A DNA stretch of 64,000 nucleotides, taken from the NCBI RefSeq assembly GCF_006345805.1, contig NC_042997.1:14508001-14572000 (forward strand), written 5' to 3'. Of the stretch, positions 26,049 to 40,400 are shown in pieces. Position 1 is the first letter of the stretch. Every line of letters starts with the position of its first letter. Position numbers and translations under genes: made by a program. This DNA is from Octopus sinensis (Eukaryota). The notes under the pieces are model-generated. The model was not told the origin of the DNA. It did not search any database and was given only the letters and a program-made list of their open reading frames with translations.

Positions 26049-26375
26049 ATCGGAACAGCGTTGTAGAGTGGATATATTAATCAATATATACAGTATTATA
26101 GATCTATTACAACTGATAATGCCAATCAGTTTTGCACTTGATGGATATCTTATAACTGTGCTCATTAGAGTTAGCTTGTATGGGAAAAATAGATATTTCG
26201 TTCCATGTCTGCAATCTCTGATGAACATAGTTATTACATAACCTTACATGACTATGCGATTATCTCATATTCAATGTGAAACTGATTGGTGATATTAGCT
26301 GTAATGAATGTATAATACAGTATACTTTGATTTACACACACACACACACTTACACACACACACACATGCATGCAT

Positions 26376-26410
<35 letters not shown>

Positions 26411-27033
26411 GCTTGTGTTTCTACTTATTAATGTAAACTAGTATATCAAGTTGTGTCCCTTTATGTCAATAAGTAAAGAAGCCATTTGATTAATAAATAT
26501 AGATCCAAGTGCTCTACATAAATGACAAGAAGGTTTGATATTATTCATAGAAAGACCAAAACACTCTTGGAGGGAGTGCTTAAGCACATCCCCCACTTTA
26601 ATGACTGAAACTATTAAAAAAATAAAACAGTATACATAGACACTCAGAGTCATGTATGTAAATAAATACCTACATATTGAACCCAAACAAGATACTATAT
26701 TGGACACATACACTGATAAAAATCACGGTAAGCATGACTAAGTTAATAGGAAGAAGCAAAAAAAAAAATCATGAGTTCTAAGTTTTTGTGCTTGATATGA
26801 ATAATTAGCTTCATTGTGGCAGAAAGATTATCATATGAAATGTAGTACAAAGATCACTAATCACGCTGAAAAAACATCTATCATCAAAATCCATTCACAT
26901 TATTTTTATGATGTCAGCAGAAAAGATTAAATGAATAGTGAATATTAATTATAAATGTTAAAGACTTCAGAAACACCTGCAACAAGGTTTGTGAATGTAA
27001 AGTAATTGAATAAGCCTGCAAGGAAAATACAAT

Positions 27034-27370
27034 ATGAAGTCACTAAATTTCATTAAATTATTATTTATAATAACCATAACCCCTTCAATAGATGCAGAAG
27101 TTGAAAACCCATTTTATTATTGGAACCTGTGGAAAAAATTAGGGAAAAGCCAAGAGTATCTACTTTCTTACCAGAATGAAACTTTGCAAAACAACAGGAA
27201 TACAATTACAAGTAATATAGACTGGAGGGACCAAATTGAGAAAGCAAAGAACTTATTGAGTTCAAATATCTGTGAATCATTATCCTTCTTAAATGTCTCA
27301 AAGAAGTGCTGTGAACATACTGAACTTGTGTTTAAGTCTGTTGTTCAAAAGAAGAAATGGGCCTTAGAAA
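27034..27370 (+). CDS. nrf-6: NRF-6-like coding exon 1 (signal peptide [21 protein letters not shown]... to KKWALE)
   Basis: ATG, hydrophobic N-terminus, donor a|GTAAGT at 27371, phase 1. Confidence 0.88.
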
Positions 27371-29157
27371 GTAAGTTTTCTTTCTCTACTTTAATTACAT
27401 ATTTGGTATTACTTCTAACCACATATACATTTTTACTCATCTTTAGTCTTTAAACACACACAGATTATCTACATCCAACTTAGACTCTGTACATAAAATT
27501 TGATTCCATGAATAGTAACCTTTGCAAACATTTTTTTTTTTAAACATGACAGCCTAATTTCCTACCACACTACCAATACACAAGTAAACAATTTTACATT
27601 CAGTCCTATAAGAGCGTCTCTATATGAACTCTTGACCTGCTAGAAATAGAAGCTGAATCCCATTTAAATCTTAACATACCACATTTAAGAAAAAGAAACC
27701 ATAGCAACACCAACACCAACAGCAATAACAACAACACCGATAACAATAACAACAACGCCAACAATAATGACACCACCGTCACCAACAACACCAATAGTTT
27801 TACTCTACCTGCTCCATTCTGTTAACAAAAAAAAAAAATGACTAATTTAATGTTTGTTTTCTTTTCTTATAAGTGGTGGACATGAGGGAGCAGGTGTAGT
27901 GTTAAAGGTATTTGTTATAATGTGATACATTTTATTACTCGGTAATATAAGTTGAAATTCTATGCAGGTATGGCTGTGAGGCATGTAGTTTTCTTCCCAG
28001 CAACATGATTCCCTGTTCAGTACCACTGCATGGAACCTTGGGCAAGTGACTTCTACTATAGCCTCAGGTCGAAAGAAGCCTTGTGAGTGTATTTGATTGA
28101 CAGAAACTGAAAGAAGCTTGTCATATATATCATCATCGTTTAACGTCCGTTTTCTGCGCTAGCACGGGTTGGACGGTTCGACCAGGGTCTGGGGAGCCAG
28201 GGGCTGCCCCAGGCTCCAGTCTGATCTGGCAGTGTTTCTACAGCTGGATGCCCTTCCTAACGCCAACCACTCCGCGAGTGTAGTGGGTGCTTTTTACGTG
28301 CCACCTGCACAGGTGCCAGAGGGGTCTGGCATCGGCCACGATCAGTTGGTGCTTTTTTTTTTTTTTTGTGCTACCAGCACAGAAGCCAGTCAAGGCGGTG
28401 CTGGCATCGGTCACGTTCGGATGTTGCTTTTTGTGTGCTACCGGCACAGAACCCATTCGAGGCGGGGTTGGCATCGGTCACGTTCGGATGGTGCCTTTTA
28501 TGTGCCACCGGCACAGAAGCCAGTGGAGGCTGCACTGGCGACGGCCACGTTCAGATGGTGCTTTTTATGTGTCACCGGCAATATATATATATATATATGT
28601 ATATATATCATCATCGTCATCATCATCATCATCATCATCGTTTAGCATCCGCTTTCCATGCTAGCATGGGTTGGACGGTTCAACTGGGGTCTGGGAAGCC
28701 AGAAGCAATGTTTCTACGGCTGGATGCCCTTCCTAACTCCATATATATATATATATATACTCTTTACTCTTTACTCTTTTACTTGTTTCAGTCAGCTGGA
28801 GTACCACCTTTAGTCAAGCAAATTGACCGCAAGACTTATTTTTTGTAAACCTAGTACTTATTCTATCGGACTCTTTTGCTGAACCGCTAAGTTACAGGGA
28901 TGTAAATACACCAGCATCGGTTGTCAAGCGATGTTAGGGGTACAAACACAGACACACAAACACACACACACACATATATATACAGATACATATATTCGAC
29001 AGGCTTCTTTCAGTTTCCGTCTACCAAATTCACTCACAAGGTTTTGGTCGGCCTGATGCTATAGTAGAAGACACTTGCCCAAGGTGCCATGCAGTGGGAC
29101 TGAACCCAGAACCATGTGGTTAGTAAGCAAGCTACTTACCACACAGCCACTCCTGCA

Positions 29158-29193
<36 letters not shown>

Positions 29194-29657
29194 GATAGAT
29201 CCTAGAAAGATGCAAACCATACTTCAATAGCAGCAAGAAGTGCAGTTTATACCTGGCTTAGAAGAGAGCAATTTTAAAAGGTACCCAATGCCCAGGTGTT
29301 TACCTGAATAGCAGGGGTGAGGTGTTTAATCCTTGCCCGCATGGAAGGAATTACATTCTATCATATCTGCATACCCCACCATGACTGCAACCACAGGCCC
29401 CCTGCCTCAACCTTCAACATACAACTTTCCAACAAGGCCCTTGAGCCTGGCAAAACGGACGGGTCATTCGAAGCCTCTAATCTTCAGTCAAGAACCGGAT
29501 CATCTTTGCAATTTCGAGATTAATCAGCCGAAATTGCGAGGATGATCCGGTTCTTAACTGAAGATTAGAGGCTTCGAATGACCCATCCGTTTTCATATCG
29601 TCTATTTGAATGTTTTGCATTCTTGTCCCATTTTGTATTTTTATATATATTTTTTAT

Positions 29658-29697
<40 letters not shown>

Positions 29698-30612
29698 GGT
29701 AGAGGCGCAATGGCCGAGTGGTTAGGGCAGTGAACTCGTGGTCGTAGGATTGCGGTTTCGATTCCCAGACCGGGTGTTGTGAGTGTTTATTGAGAAGCAG
29801 GGGGTGGTGGCGATCCCTGCTGTACTCTTTCGCCACAACTTTTTCTCACTCTTTCTTCTGTTGGCCTGCTTCCTTAGCCAGCATGGTGACGTCATTTGAA
29901 GGCTAAAACCAGCGATGTGTAACAACATCTGATAGCTTGGTTGATCACGGTGATCATGGTGATATATATACTCTTTTACTTGTTTCAGTCATTTGACTGC
30001 AGCCATGCTGGAGCACCGCCTTTAGTTGAACAAATCGACCCCGGGACTTATTCTTTGTAAGCCCAGTACTTATTCTATCGGTCTCTTTTGCCGAACCACT
30101 AAGTGACGGGGACATAAACACACCAGCATCGGTTGTCAAGCAATGCTAGAGGGACAAACACAGACACACAAACATATACATACACATACATACATATATA
30201 TACATATATACGACAGGCTTCTTTCAGTTTCCGTCTACCAAATCCACTCACAAGGCATTGGTCGGCCCGAGGCTATAGCAGAAGACACTTGCCCAAGATG
30301 CCACGCAGTGGGACTGAACCCAGAACCATGTGGTTGGTAGGCAAGCTACTTACCACACAGCCACTCCTGCGCCTATATATATTTATATATATATATATAA
30401 AACACGAGGATAAGAAAGCAGACTTTCTCATCAAATTTCAACATGTTTTTCCATGCTTCGATGGGTCGGATGGAATTTGCTGAGGTGGATTTTCTAAAGT
30501 TGAATGCTCTTTCTATTACCAACCCTCACCTAATGCCAAGTAATGCTATCATATTTGCATGACAGTGGCACTCCTTTACAACTATCACATGATGCGAAGG
30601 CAAAGAGATAGT

Positions 30613-30648
<36 letters not shown>

Positions 30649-30871
30649 GACACCCTCTTTTGGATTTATGATTTACTGACGATGTGAATATATATATATT
30701 CAGGCGCAGGAGTGGCTGTGTGGTAAGTAGCTTGCTAACCAACCACATGGTTCCGGGTTCAGTCCCACTGCGTGGCATCTTGGGCAAGTGTCTTCTGCTA
30801 TAGCCCCGGGTTGACCAATGCCTTGTGAGTGGATTTGGTAGATGGAAACTGAAAGAAGCCTGTCGTATATG

Positions 30872-30902
<31 letters not shown>

Positions 30903-33900
30903 TTGTGTGTCTGTGTTTGTCCCCCTAGCATTGCTTGACAACCGATGCTGGTGTGTTTACGTCCCCGTCACTTAGCAGTTCGGCAAAAGACACCGATAGA
31001 ATAAGTACTGGGCTTACAAAGAATAAGTCCCGGGGTCGATTTGCTTGACTAAAAGCGGTGCTCCAGCATGGCCGCAGTCAAAAGACTGAAACAAATAAAA
31101 GAGTAAAGGGTAAAGAGTATATATGAGGATGTTGAGCCTCATGGAGAAAATGACAATGGACTGAGATGTCTGGCAATATGAGGTTCTTGAGAAGACCTGC
31201 CCACATCAGCAAAACTGAGTTCTAGAAGCACTGTGTGTCCTAACCACACATAAGAAAACTCATGCACCCTACTCCAACAAACCAAACTAAATCTCTTCTC
31301 TTCCTCACATTTCCACTTCATGCACTATGCTTATCTCCCACTCCCCACTCTTGTCCTCTTGGCCCTGTCTCAGAGTATCATTGCTATCCGCTACCCCCTG
31401 ATCTGTGAGTTCCACCCACACGTAATAAGAAATATTTTCACACACCCTACCCCAACAAACTGATCTTATTTCTTTATTGCCCACAAGGGGCTAAACATAG
31501 AGGGAACAAACAAGGACAGACAAAGGGATTCAGTCGATTAGATCGACCCCAGTGCATAACTGGTACTTAATTTATCAACCCCGAAAGGATGAAAGGCAAA
31601 GTCGACCTCAGTGGAATTTTAACTCAGAACATAACAGCAGACGAAATACCTATTTCTTTACTACCCACAAGGGGCTAAACATAGAGGGGACAAACAAGGA
31701 CAGACAAAGGGATTAAGTCGATCAGATCGACCCCCAGTGCATAACTGGTACTTAATTTATCGACCCCGAAAGGATGAAAGGCAAAGTCGACCTCGGTGGA
31801 ATTTGAACTCAGAACATAACAGCAGACGAAATACAGCTAAGCATTTCGCCTGGCGTGCTAACGTTTCTGCCAGCTCGCCCCAACAGACCAATCTGCATCT
31901 CTACATCTCTTCTCTTCCTCACACTTCCTCCTTCATGTACCATGCCTACCTCTCACTCCCCAATTCTGTCCTCATGGCCCTGTTTCTCTTTTATCATTGC
32001 TATCCAGTAGCACCCCTCCTACCACACTCTATATACCCTAGTTTTCACCTCCCCATTCTCTTCCCCTTCTCACTCTCTAATCCCGCTTCTTTGGCAATAT
32101 CCTGCCACATATATTATGACTTTCGAACCTCAAGGCTATGTCCTGGCACATGCCACAATATATATACATCCGACGACAGGCACCCATGCCAACCCCCTTT
32201 GCTTGCGAAGACATGGTGGGGCAAGTGAAATCGAAATCGAATTGAACCAATCCTATGACTGGCACCCGGCAGATGCCAGGACCCCTGGACTGGTGGTATG
32301 TAAAAAGCACTGTCCGACTCGTGGTCGATGCCAGCACCGCCTCGACTGGCTTCCAGGCCAGTGGCATGTAAATTGCACCAATCCAACCGTGGCCGTTGCC
32401 AGCCTCACCTGGCACCTGTGCAGGTGGCACGTAAAAAGCACCCACTACACTCACGGAGTGGTTGGCATTAGGAAGGGCATCCAGCTGTAGAAACATTGCC
32501 AGATAAGACTAGAGCCTGGTGCAGCCTTCTGGCTTCCCAGATCCCTAGTCAAACCGTCCAACCCATGCTAGCATGGAGAACGGACGTTAAACGATGATGA
32601 TGATGATGATGATCTCTGCTTTTACTTGACCATCCCATTTATATTCTCATCCCCGTCTCTTGTGAGTATGCCTAGCACTTTGTCACCATCTCTATCCTGA
32701 TGTCTCCCACTCTCTCTTTCCTTCCCCTGCACTTACCTCAAGTTGGGTAATCTTGTACTCCTTTGCAGAAGCACATCTGTTTCTGTCCTCATTCCTAAGC
32801 TCTCTCTCTCTCTTAGGAAATGCTTTAATAATGACAAGAAGTTTGTATCTATGTTGGTTTATACATTCATACTGTATGGTGTGTTGAACCTTATTAGATT
32901 TCACTTTCTGGACTTGTTATTTTATGGGATAAAGCTATATCTTAGTAGTTCTGCATTTCATTGAGAAGGTAGTGAGTAATGTTGAAAACATTCCTATCAA
33001 ATGATAAGTTGGATATTTTTCTGCTTATTCCTTCTACTGAATTTTCTATAATGGCTAAAGGTGTGATTGGGTTTTTGTGTATGTAGTACCCTCTTTTGGT
33101 CTACTGTAAATGTAATGCTTGCCCATAGTCAGGTTAAAAATGATAGCTAGGAAATAGATAAAGCTTAATTTGAGTTATAATAATAATAATAATGAAATTA
33201 TTGTATACAGTGCTCAGGTCCACCACAACTTGTCAGAAAGTGCATATAAAGTACATGCAGTTATGTAAAAATGTCTGGAAAACGAACAATGTATGAGTCA
33301 GATACATGCTTGTGTATGGAGGGGAGAAAATCAGGTGTAGTGTTGGCGAATCTCAGAAAGCATGGAAGTTTTGAAGGATGCAGTGCTCCAACAACTAACA
33401 ACTGATGCCGGCAGTTTGTTCCATGCTTCAGCAACTCTCAGCATGAAAAAATGTTTCCAAAAGTCATGGGAGCTGTGCTGTTTTCTGACTTTGTAAATAT
33501 GTCCATGGGTGTTAGATGGGTGGAGTTTGAAAAGGTGTTCAGAGTTATTGTTTGTACGATGGTTGATAATTTTATGGGTGTCTGCCAAGTCAGCTACCAG
33601 ACGTGGGAGTTTCAATGTGTCCATGCCCAGGGAAGTAAGGCGTTCAGGATATGGCAAATGCCTGATGGAGGGTGTTGATAGCAATTCTCAGGTTGAGCAC
33701 CTCAAATATGTCTATTGGGTCCATTCTAAACTTATTCATGCTGTGACCATTTATATTATAAGAGACACCATCTTTGTGATAGTCTAGATATCTGGGTTCA
33801 TATACATTTATTAATAATCCTCTCTACTATGGGCACAAGGCCTGAAACTTTGGCAGGAAGGGCTAATCAATTATATCCACCCTAGTTTTTAAATGGTACT

Positions 33901-34134
33901 TATTTCATTGACCCTCAAAAAGATGAAAGGCAAAGTTGTCCTAGTTGGAATTTGAACACGGAACATAAAGACAAATGAAATGTCACTAAACATTTAGTCC
34001 AACATGCTAACAATTATCTTAGCTCACTGCTTTATGCATTTATTAATGATATCTAGGATAGAGAAGAGGCCATGTAATTCAAAGTCCTCCACTTCATCTT
34101 AACTGTTGCTTATATCAAAGTAAAAGAGTTTTGC

Positions 34135-34166
<32 letters not shown>

Positions 34167-34328
34167 ATGATGCTGATGATAATGATGATGATAGTGACAG
34201 TAGTAGCGGTGGTGGTGGTGGTGGTGGTGGTGGTGGTGGTGGTTATGATATAACTATATTACAAAGTTACTGCTCTAGTTTCTAGTCAAAACAGTTCCTG
34301 TGTTCAGTGTGAAACAAAATGACATATG

Positions 34329-34377
<49 letters not shown>

Positions 34378-34394
34378 ATATATATATATATATA

Positions 34395-34437
<43 letters not shown>

Positions 34438-34491
34438 ATATATATTATATATCTATATATATATATATATATATATCTATATATATATATC

Positions 34492-34523
<32 letters not shown>

Positions 34524-34559
34524 ATATATATATATATATTATATATATATAATATATAT

Positions 34560-34593
<34 letters not shown>

Positions 34594-37070
34594 ATATAAT
34601 ATATATATATATGTGTGTGTGGTGTGTGTGTGTGTGTGTGTGGAGGCACAATGGCCCAGTGGTTAGGGCAGCAGACTCGCGGTCGCAGGATCGCGGTTTC
34701 GATTCCCAGACCGGGCGTTGTGAGTGTTTATTGAGCGAAAACACCTAAAAGCTCTACGAGGCTCCGGCAGGGGGTGGTGATCCCTGCTGTACTCTTTCAC
34801 CACTCTTTCTCCCACTCTTTCTTCTGTTGGCCTGCTCGCTTAGCCAGCGGGGTGGCGTTATTCGAAGGCTAAAACAATGCAAACGCATTGTGACCAGCGA
34901 TGTGTAACAACATCTGATGGTCTGGTCGGTCACGTGATCACATGATATATATATATATATAAGTTTAAATAAGCAGAAAATAGAGAAAACTTTTGACCAA
35001 CAAACAAACGGACCAACATTGGTTAATTATTATTTATTACAAAACATAACATAATAATTGCATAACATTTCTTACAGCCATTTCGGCTGCCGATGTCAAT
35101 CGGTGCTTACAAAGAAAATTCTGAAAATAACATTTGCCATCTTTATAGCACATTCGGTCTAGTACATGGAGCTTCATCAGAGTGAATACAAATATCTATA
35201 TATATAAAACTGTAGTTGTGTGAGTGTCTGTCCCCTTCGATTTAGATTCCTAACTACTCCCACATTTTGCGGTGCAGTTTAACCAAATTCGGGTATCTTA
35301 TAGTCGTGATTCATATCGAGCCCGTCTGGGTATTAGCGCGCGTCTACGATGAGTCTACGATTTTAAAAATAATTTAACATTATTTTTTATTCCATTTTAA
35401 TGCATAATTTTTCGTGTGTCGATGGCGGCGGAGTTGGCATCCATGGTCACACCTGCACCTGTGTTGCTTCTCCCCCTTCTTCCCTCCCTCGTGAAGCTGT
35501 GGGAAAAGGAGTGTAAGGAAATCAACGTCATAAAGCGTTGTCAAGGAGACCAGCGTTCTTTTAGAACAACGACTTCATGGCTTGAAGAGACCAAAACAGA
35601 AATGGCTAAGAAAGCCCGAATTGGCATCTATAAGGGAAGTAACTCTCTAAAAACGCTTATATAGTTATTTCCCTTACAAACCCGAGCAACGCCAGGCGAT
35701 ACTGCTAGTATAAAATAAAATAAATAAAGGGAAATAAAGGGAAGAACAGGGCCTCGAGATGAGGCCAGAAGGCTTAATATATTAGAATCATACCATTTTG
35801 CAGTGTGAAGCTTAGAGTCAACAGGCAAAAGAGTGAACTAGCAAATGAGCTAGAGAAAATTTTTTATTGGTTATCCCCTTATGTAGGGGTACCAGGGTGC
35901 CAGGGTGCATACATTGTAGTAGGATAAAACTAGTGCTAAAGTAAAATAGGAGATGCCAATATCATCATTATCATCATCGTTTAACGTCCGCTTTCCATGC
36001 TGGCATGGGTTGGACGGTTTGACTGAGGTCTGGCAAACCAGATGGCTGCAGCAGACTCCAATCTGATCTGGTAGAGTTTCTACAGCTGGATGCCCTTCCT
36101 AATGCCACCACGCAGAGAGTGTAGTGAGTGCTTTTACGTGCCACTGGCACAAGAGCCAGTCAGGCGGTACTGGCAGCGGTCACGCTCAAATGGTGCTTTT
36201 TATGTGCCACCTAGACATATATTTGTGTCACCTAGACATATATTTGTGTCACCTATTTATGTGCCACCTAGACATATATATATGAGTGGAGGCGCAATGG
36301 CCCAGTGGTTAGGGCAGCGGACTCGCGGTCATAGGATCGCGGTTTCAATTCCCAGACCGGGCGTTGTGAGTGTTTATTGAGCGAAAACACCTAAAAGCTC
36401 CACGAGGCTCCGGCAGAGGATGGTGGTGATCCCTGCTGTACTCTTTCACCACAACTTTCTCTCACTCTTACTTCCTGTTTCTGTTGTACCTGTATTTCAA
36501 GGGGCCGGCCTTGTCACTCTCTGTGTCACGCTGAATATCCCCGAGAACTGCGTTAAGGGTACACATGTCTGTGGAGTGCTCAGCCACTTACACTTTAATT
36601 TCACGAGCAGGCTGTTCCGTTGATTCGGATCAACCGGAACCCTTATCGTCGTAACCGACAGAGTGCTTCCAATCCAAGACATATATATCCAGATATATAT
36701 GATGAAGCTCTATGTACTAGATCGAATGTGCTATAAAGATGGTGAATATTATTTTCGAAATTTTCTTTGTAAGCACTGATTGACATCTGCAGCCAAAGCG
36801 GCCATAAGAAATGTTATGTTTTGTTTTGTATTAAATAGTAATTGACCAATGTTGGTCAATTTGTTTGTTAATTAAAAGTTTTCTCCATTTTCTACTTATT
36901 TAAATTTGATTCCTGATAAACTTTTGTTTATTCAGTCTTTACCTCTACCCTATGAGCATAGTGTGCTTGCATAGCCATGCCCTGGGATAGCATAGTTAAG
37001 TAATACCGGTAGTAAGAACGGATATTCCTATCCCTTAGATGGTTCTTCCAACCACTAACTCTGCTTACCT

Positions 37071-37140
<70 letters not shown>

Positions 37141-37362
37141 AGTAGATGAATGAATTATCCTAGTATGGATAATTCGGTTAATCGATACCTGGGTAGCAAA
37201 TTCAAGTCAGTAAAACATGGTTGAAGTTACATACCAGGGCAGAACCCCGTGTTCGTGTGTGAAAATTTGTGTGTTTTTTTATATGAATAAATGAATAGAA
37301 TGGAGTCGAACGAAGATTTTAACAAAATTTTGTTAAAATCTTCGTTCGACTCCATTCTTTTC

Positions 37363-37428
<66 letters not shown>

Positions 37429-40400
37429 GGAGATAATGTGTGTGCATACAGATATATAAAGGGAGATAATGTGTGTGTGCATGTTTTTTAAATGTTTTTG
37501 TGAATAAAATATTAAGCAACAAGTAATGTCTAAAAGGCTTGTCAGTCTGTTTCATGGTGCTAGCAGACAAATTGGAATGCTTCACCATGTTGAAGCTATT
37601 GTATACCCTCTGCAGTGCTCCATGCTACAGCCACACGTCTCTCCTCACAGATCTTGACACTTGTATTCGCTGACGTGATATGCAATGTTTAGTTTGATGA
37701 TACTGGATAGCAAGTGTATCTTACCTGTCAAATACGGCAGTCTCAGCCTTTGGTCTCTGGTCTGACTGGTCCTGCTGGCATTTCTCTCATTGGTGACCTC
37801 TTGTCATGTCTTCTCAACAATTGAACTGCTGTGACTAGGAAGCCACCTCATCCTCCCTGATCACACATGGAGTCAGCCAGGCCTCCGATGTGAACGTCCG
37901 TCCTCCTCTGCCCTGTGTGGATGTCTGATCCCCCTAAAACAAATGGGATACCATCCAGTGCTGCATGATCTTGGATGGGCTTGTGTGCTGATTTGATCAA
38001 CACCATCTAGCATGTTTCCGCTGTGGTGTATGCAGGAGATTTGAAATAAGGCACCTACCTTCTCTTTGTCAACACAGACCTTCCCAGCTGTAATGCACCC
38101 TTCCACATGGCCCGACCCGAACGCTAGAAATAGCAGCTGCTTTTCCCCTACCTTGACAAAACGCTCACATGTCCAGCTCTGTCGGCTACGCTGATCGAAA
38201 AGGCCCAATGCTCCCCTGCCTGTGCACGCATCACTCCTGCCCCTTCCTATTCCGGTCAGCTCCCCAGCTGCTGACATCATCCCACATCTGCTCAGCCTCC
38301 CAGCTCCACAGCAGTGCCTGGATCAACACAGTGCCATCACTCGCGACTGGTACTCAGCTTGATGGTGATTGTCTACACATTATTGTTTCTTTGAAGCTTG
38401 GTCTCCAGATCCGTGAGCCTCATAAATGCCATTGCAGATCCTCTGTGGATTCTTCCAGCCTCCACCCATTGTATAACTTGAAAATTACTATCTGTATTAA
38501 TCTAACACATGATGAGCCTCTACATGGCTACTCACCCATCTAGAATTTGCAATTAGATCTCCTCCCTCGAATCCCATGTCACCATTCTAAATCAACAAGG
38601 GTACTCCAAACTCTCGCCTCTGATCATAAGTTTGCATGATCATAAGTCTGCTTGATAAATGTGATCTGGAATAAACAAGAACAACAACTTAAGACATGAT
38701 CTCAGATAAAAATCTCTTGCTAAACAAATATAACTCTACAACTTCAATACAATTACCATTATAACTGTTTATTATTGAGTTACAATTCTGGAGAAATATA
38801 AGTGTTATGATTGCATCATTCATAAATTAAAATGTATTTTAATCTTAATACATCATATGTTAACCACTGAGTGTTATATTTTACTCATGTATTACAATAA
38901 TTTCTAATTACTCTTAATTTCATTCAGTGATTGACTCATATGGAAAAATCTCCAGTGGAATACTTTTGGGAGATTTTAAATTCCCAGGATCTTTTGAAGA
39001 ATGCAAGAAAGCTGATGTAATTATATCTACCAGCCCAACTCAACAGAGTCGGCCTTTTACTCCAAAATACTGCCAAGTCAACTTTCTCCAAAAGTCTGCT
39101 TCAATGGTATGGAAGAACAAAATTAAATTCATATTTGTTATGATTTCAGTTTGATTTACTTTCACGGTAATCCTTTATATAAGGCACAAAACCTGAAATT
39201 TGTTGGGAGGAGATAGTTGATTATATAGACCTTAGTACTTGACTGGTATTTGTTTCATCAATCCCTAAAAAATGAAAGGCAAAGTCACCCTTGGAAGGAT
39301 TTGAACTCAAAACATAAAGAGCCACAAGAAATACTGTTAAGCGCTTTGTATATTGTGAGATTGATTCTGCCAGCTGCCACCTTCACAAATTATATAATAT
39401 AGCATATGTTATAGTATTATGTTATAAGGCAACAAGCTTGCAGAGTCATTAGAGCTTTGGAAGAAATGCTTAGCAGTATTCTTCCAGCTCATTACATTCT
39501 GAGTTCAAAAATACCACTGAGGTCGATTTTACTTTTCATACTTTCAGAGTCTATAATATAAAGTACCAGTTGAATACTGGGTCAATATAATTGACTTGCC
39601 CACCTCCTTCAAACTTGCTGGCCTAGTGCCAAAATTTGAAACCATATCTAATTGTATTGCGTTGTCCAGAAAGTTCATGCCGATTTACAGTAGCTTACCT
39701 TTTGACTTATTTTAGAACATGATTGAGTCCATAAAATAGGATTTGACTACATCTCCATTTAGAGCACAGTTTAAGCTATCTTTTTGTGGAAGAAGGTTTA
39801 TGTTCATATAACCTGTGTTAATTCTGTAACCCTTTAAAATGGAAGATGAAAGTTCATTTCCAGCACTTGATGCTTTGGGAACCAGACAAAAATTGCTGCA
39901 GCTCAGCTGGGATGTGTTACCCCACCCTCCATATTCACCAGATATTGCTCCTTCGGATTTCCACTTATTCAGGTCTCTGCAGAATAGGCTTAAAATAGTC
40001 TTAATGGTAAAAATTTCAATTCCTTAGATGACGTAAAAAGATACCTTGATGAATTCTTTGCCATGAAACCACCTCATTTCTGTGAAGGGGATATTTTCAA
40101 GTTAAAGGAAAGATAGAGACGCATTGTGCAACAAAATGGTTCATATTTGGTTAATTAAAAAAGTAATGGCAAGTATTGATTGACCTTTTTCTTTCCTTTA
40201 AAAATCGGCACAAACTTTCCGGACAACATAATATTATAGTGTCAGTAGTAAACTATTGACAAACTTAGTCTGTTAACTTGATTTGAATCTTAGTTTTATT
40301 TGATTCACTTTTAAAAGCTTATATTTATATATACAACTCTTATATTTATCCCGAATTGAATTCAAGAGAATGGATATTTCTAATCAGACAAGATCAAGCA

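Noticed and set aside
26215-26275. Plus-strand CTGATGA followed by a CATAGT/ACTATG hairpin
   Set aside because: No GAAA after stem II and no stem I or III.
27371-27453. ORF continuation with a hydrophobic tail after exon 1
   Set aside because: Read-through past a consensus GTAAGT donor; splicing to exon 2 restores the NRF motif.
36980-37045. Twister-like CCGGT..AAG..CGG hairpin
   Set aside because: Lacks the 3' GAG loop and the pseudoknot complementarity.
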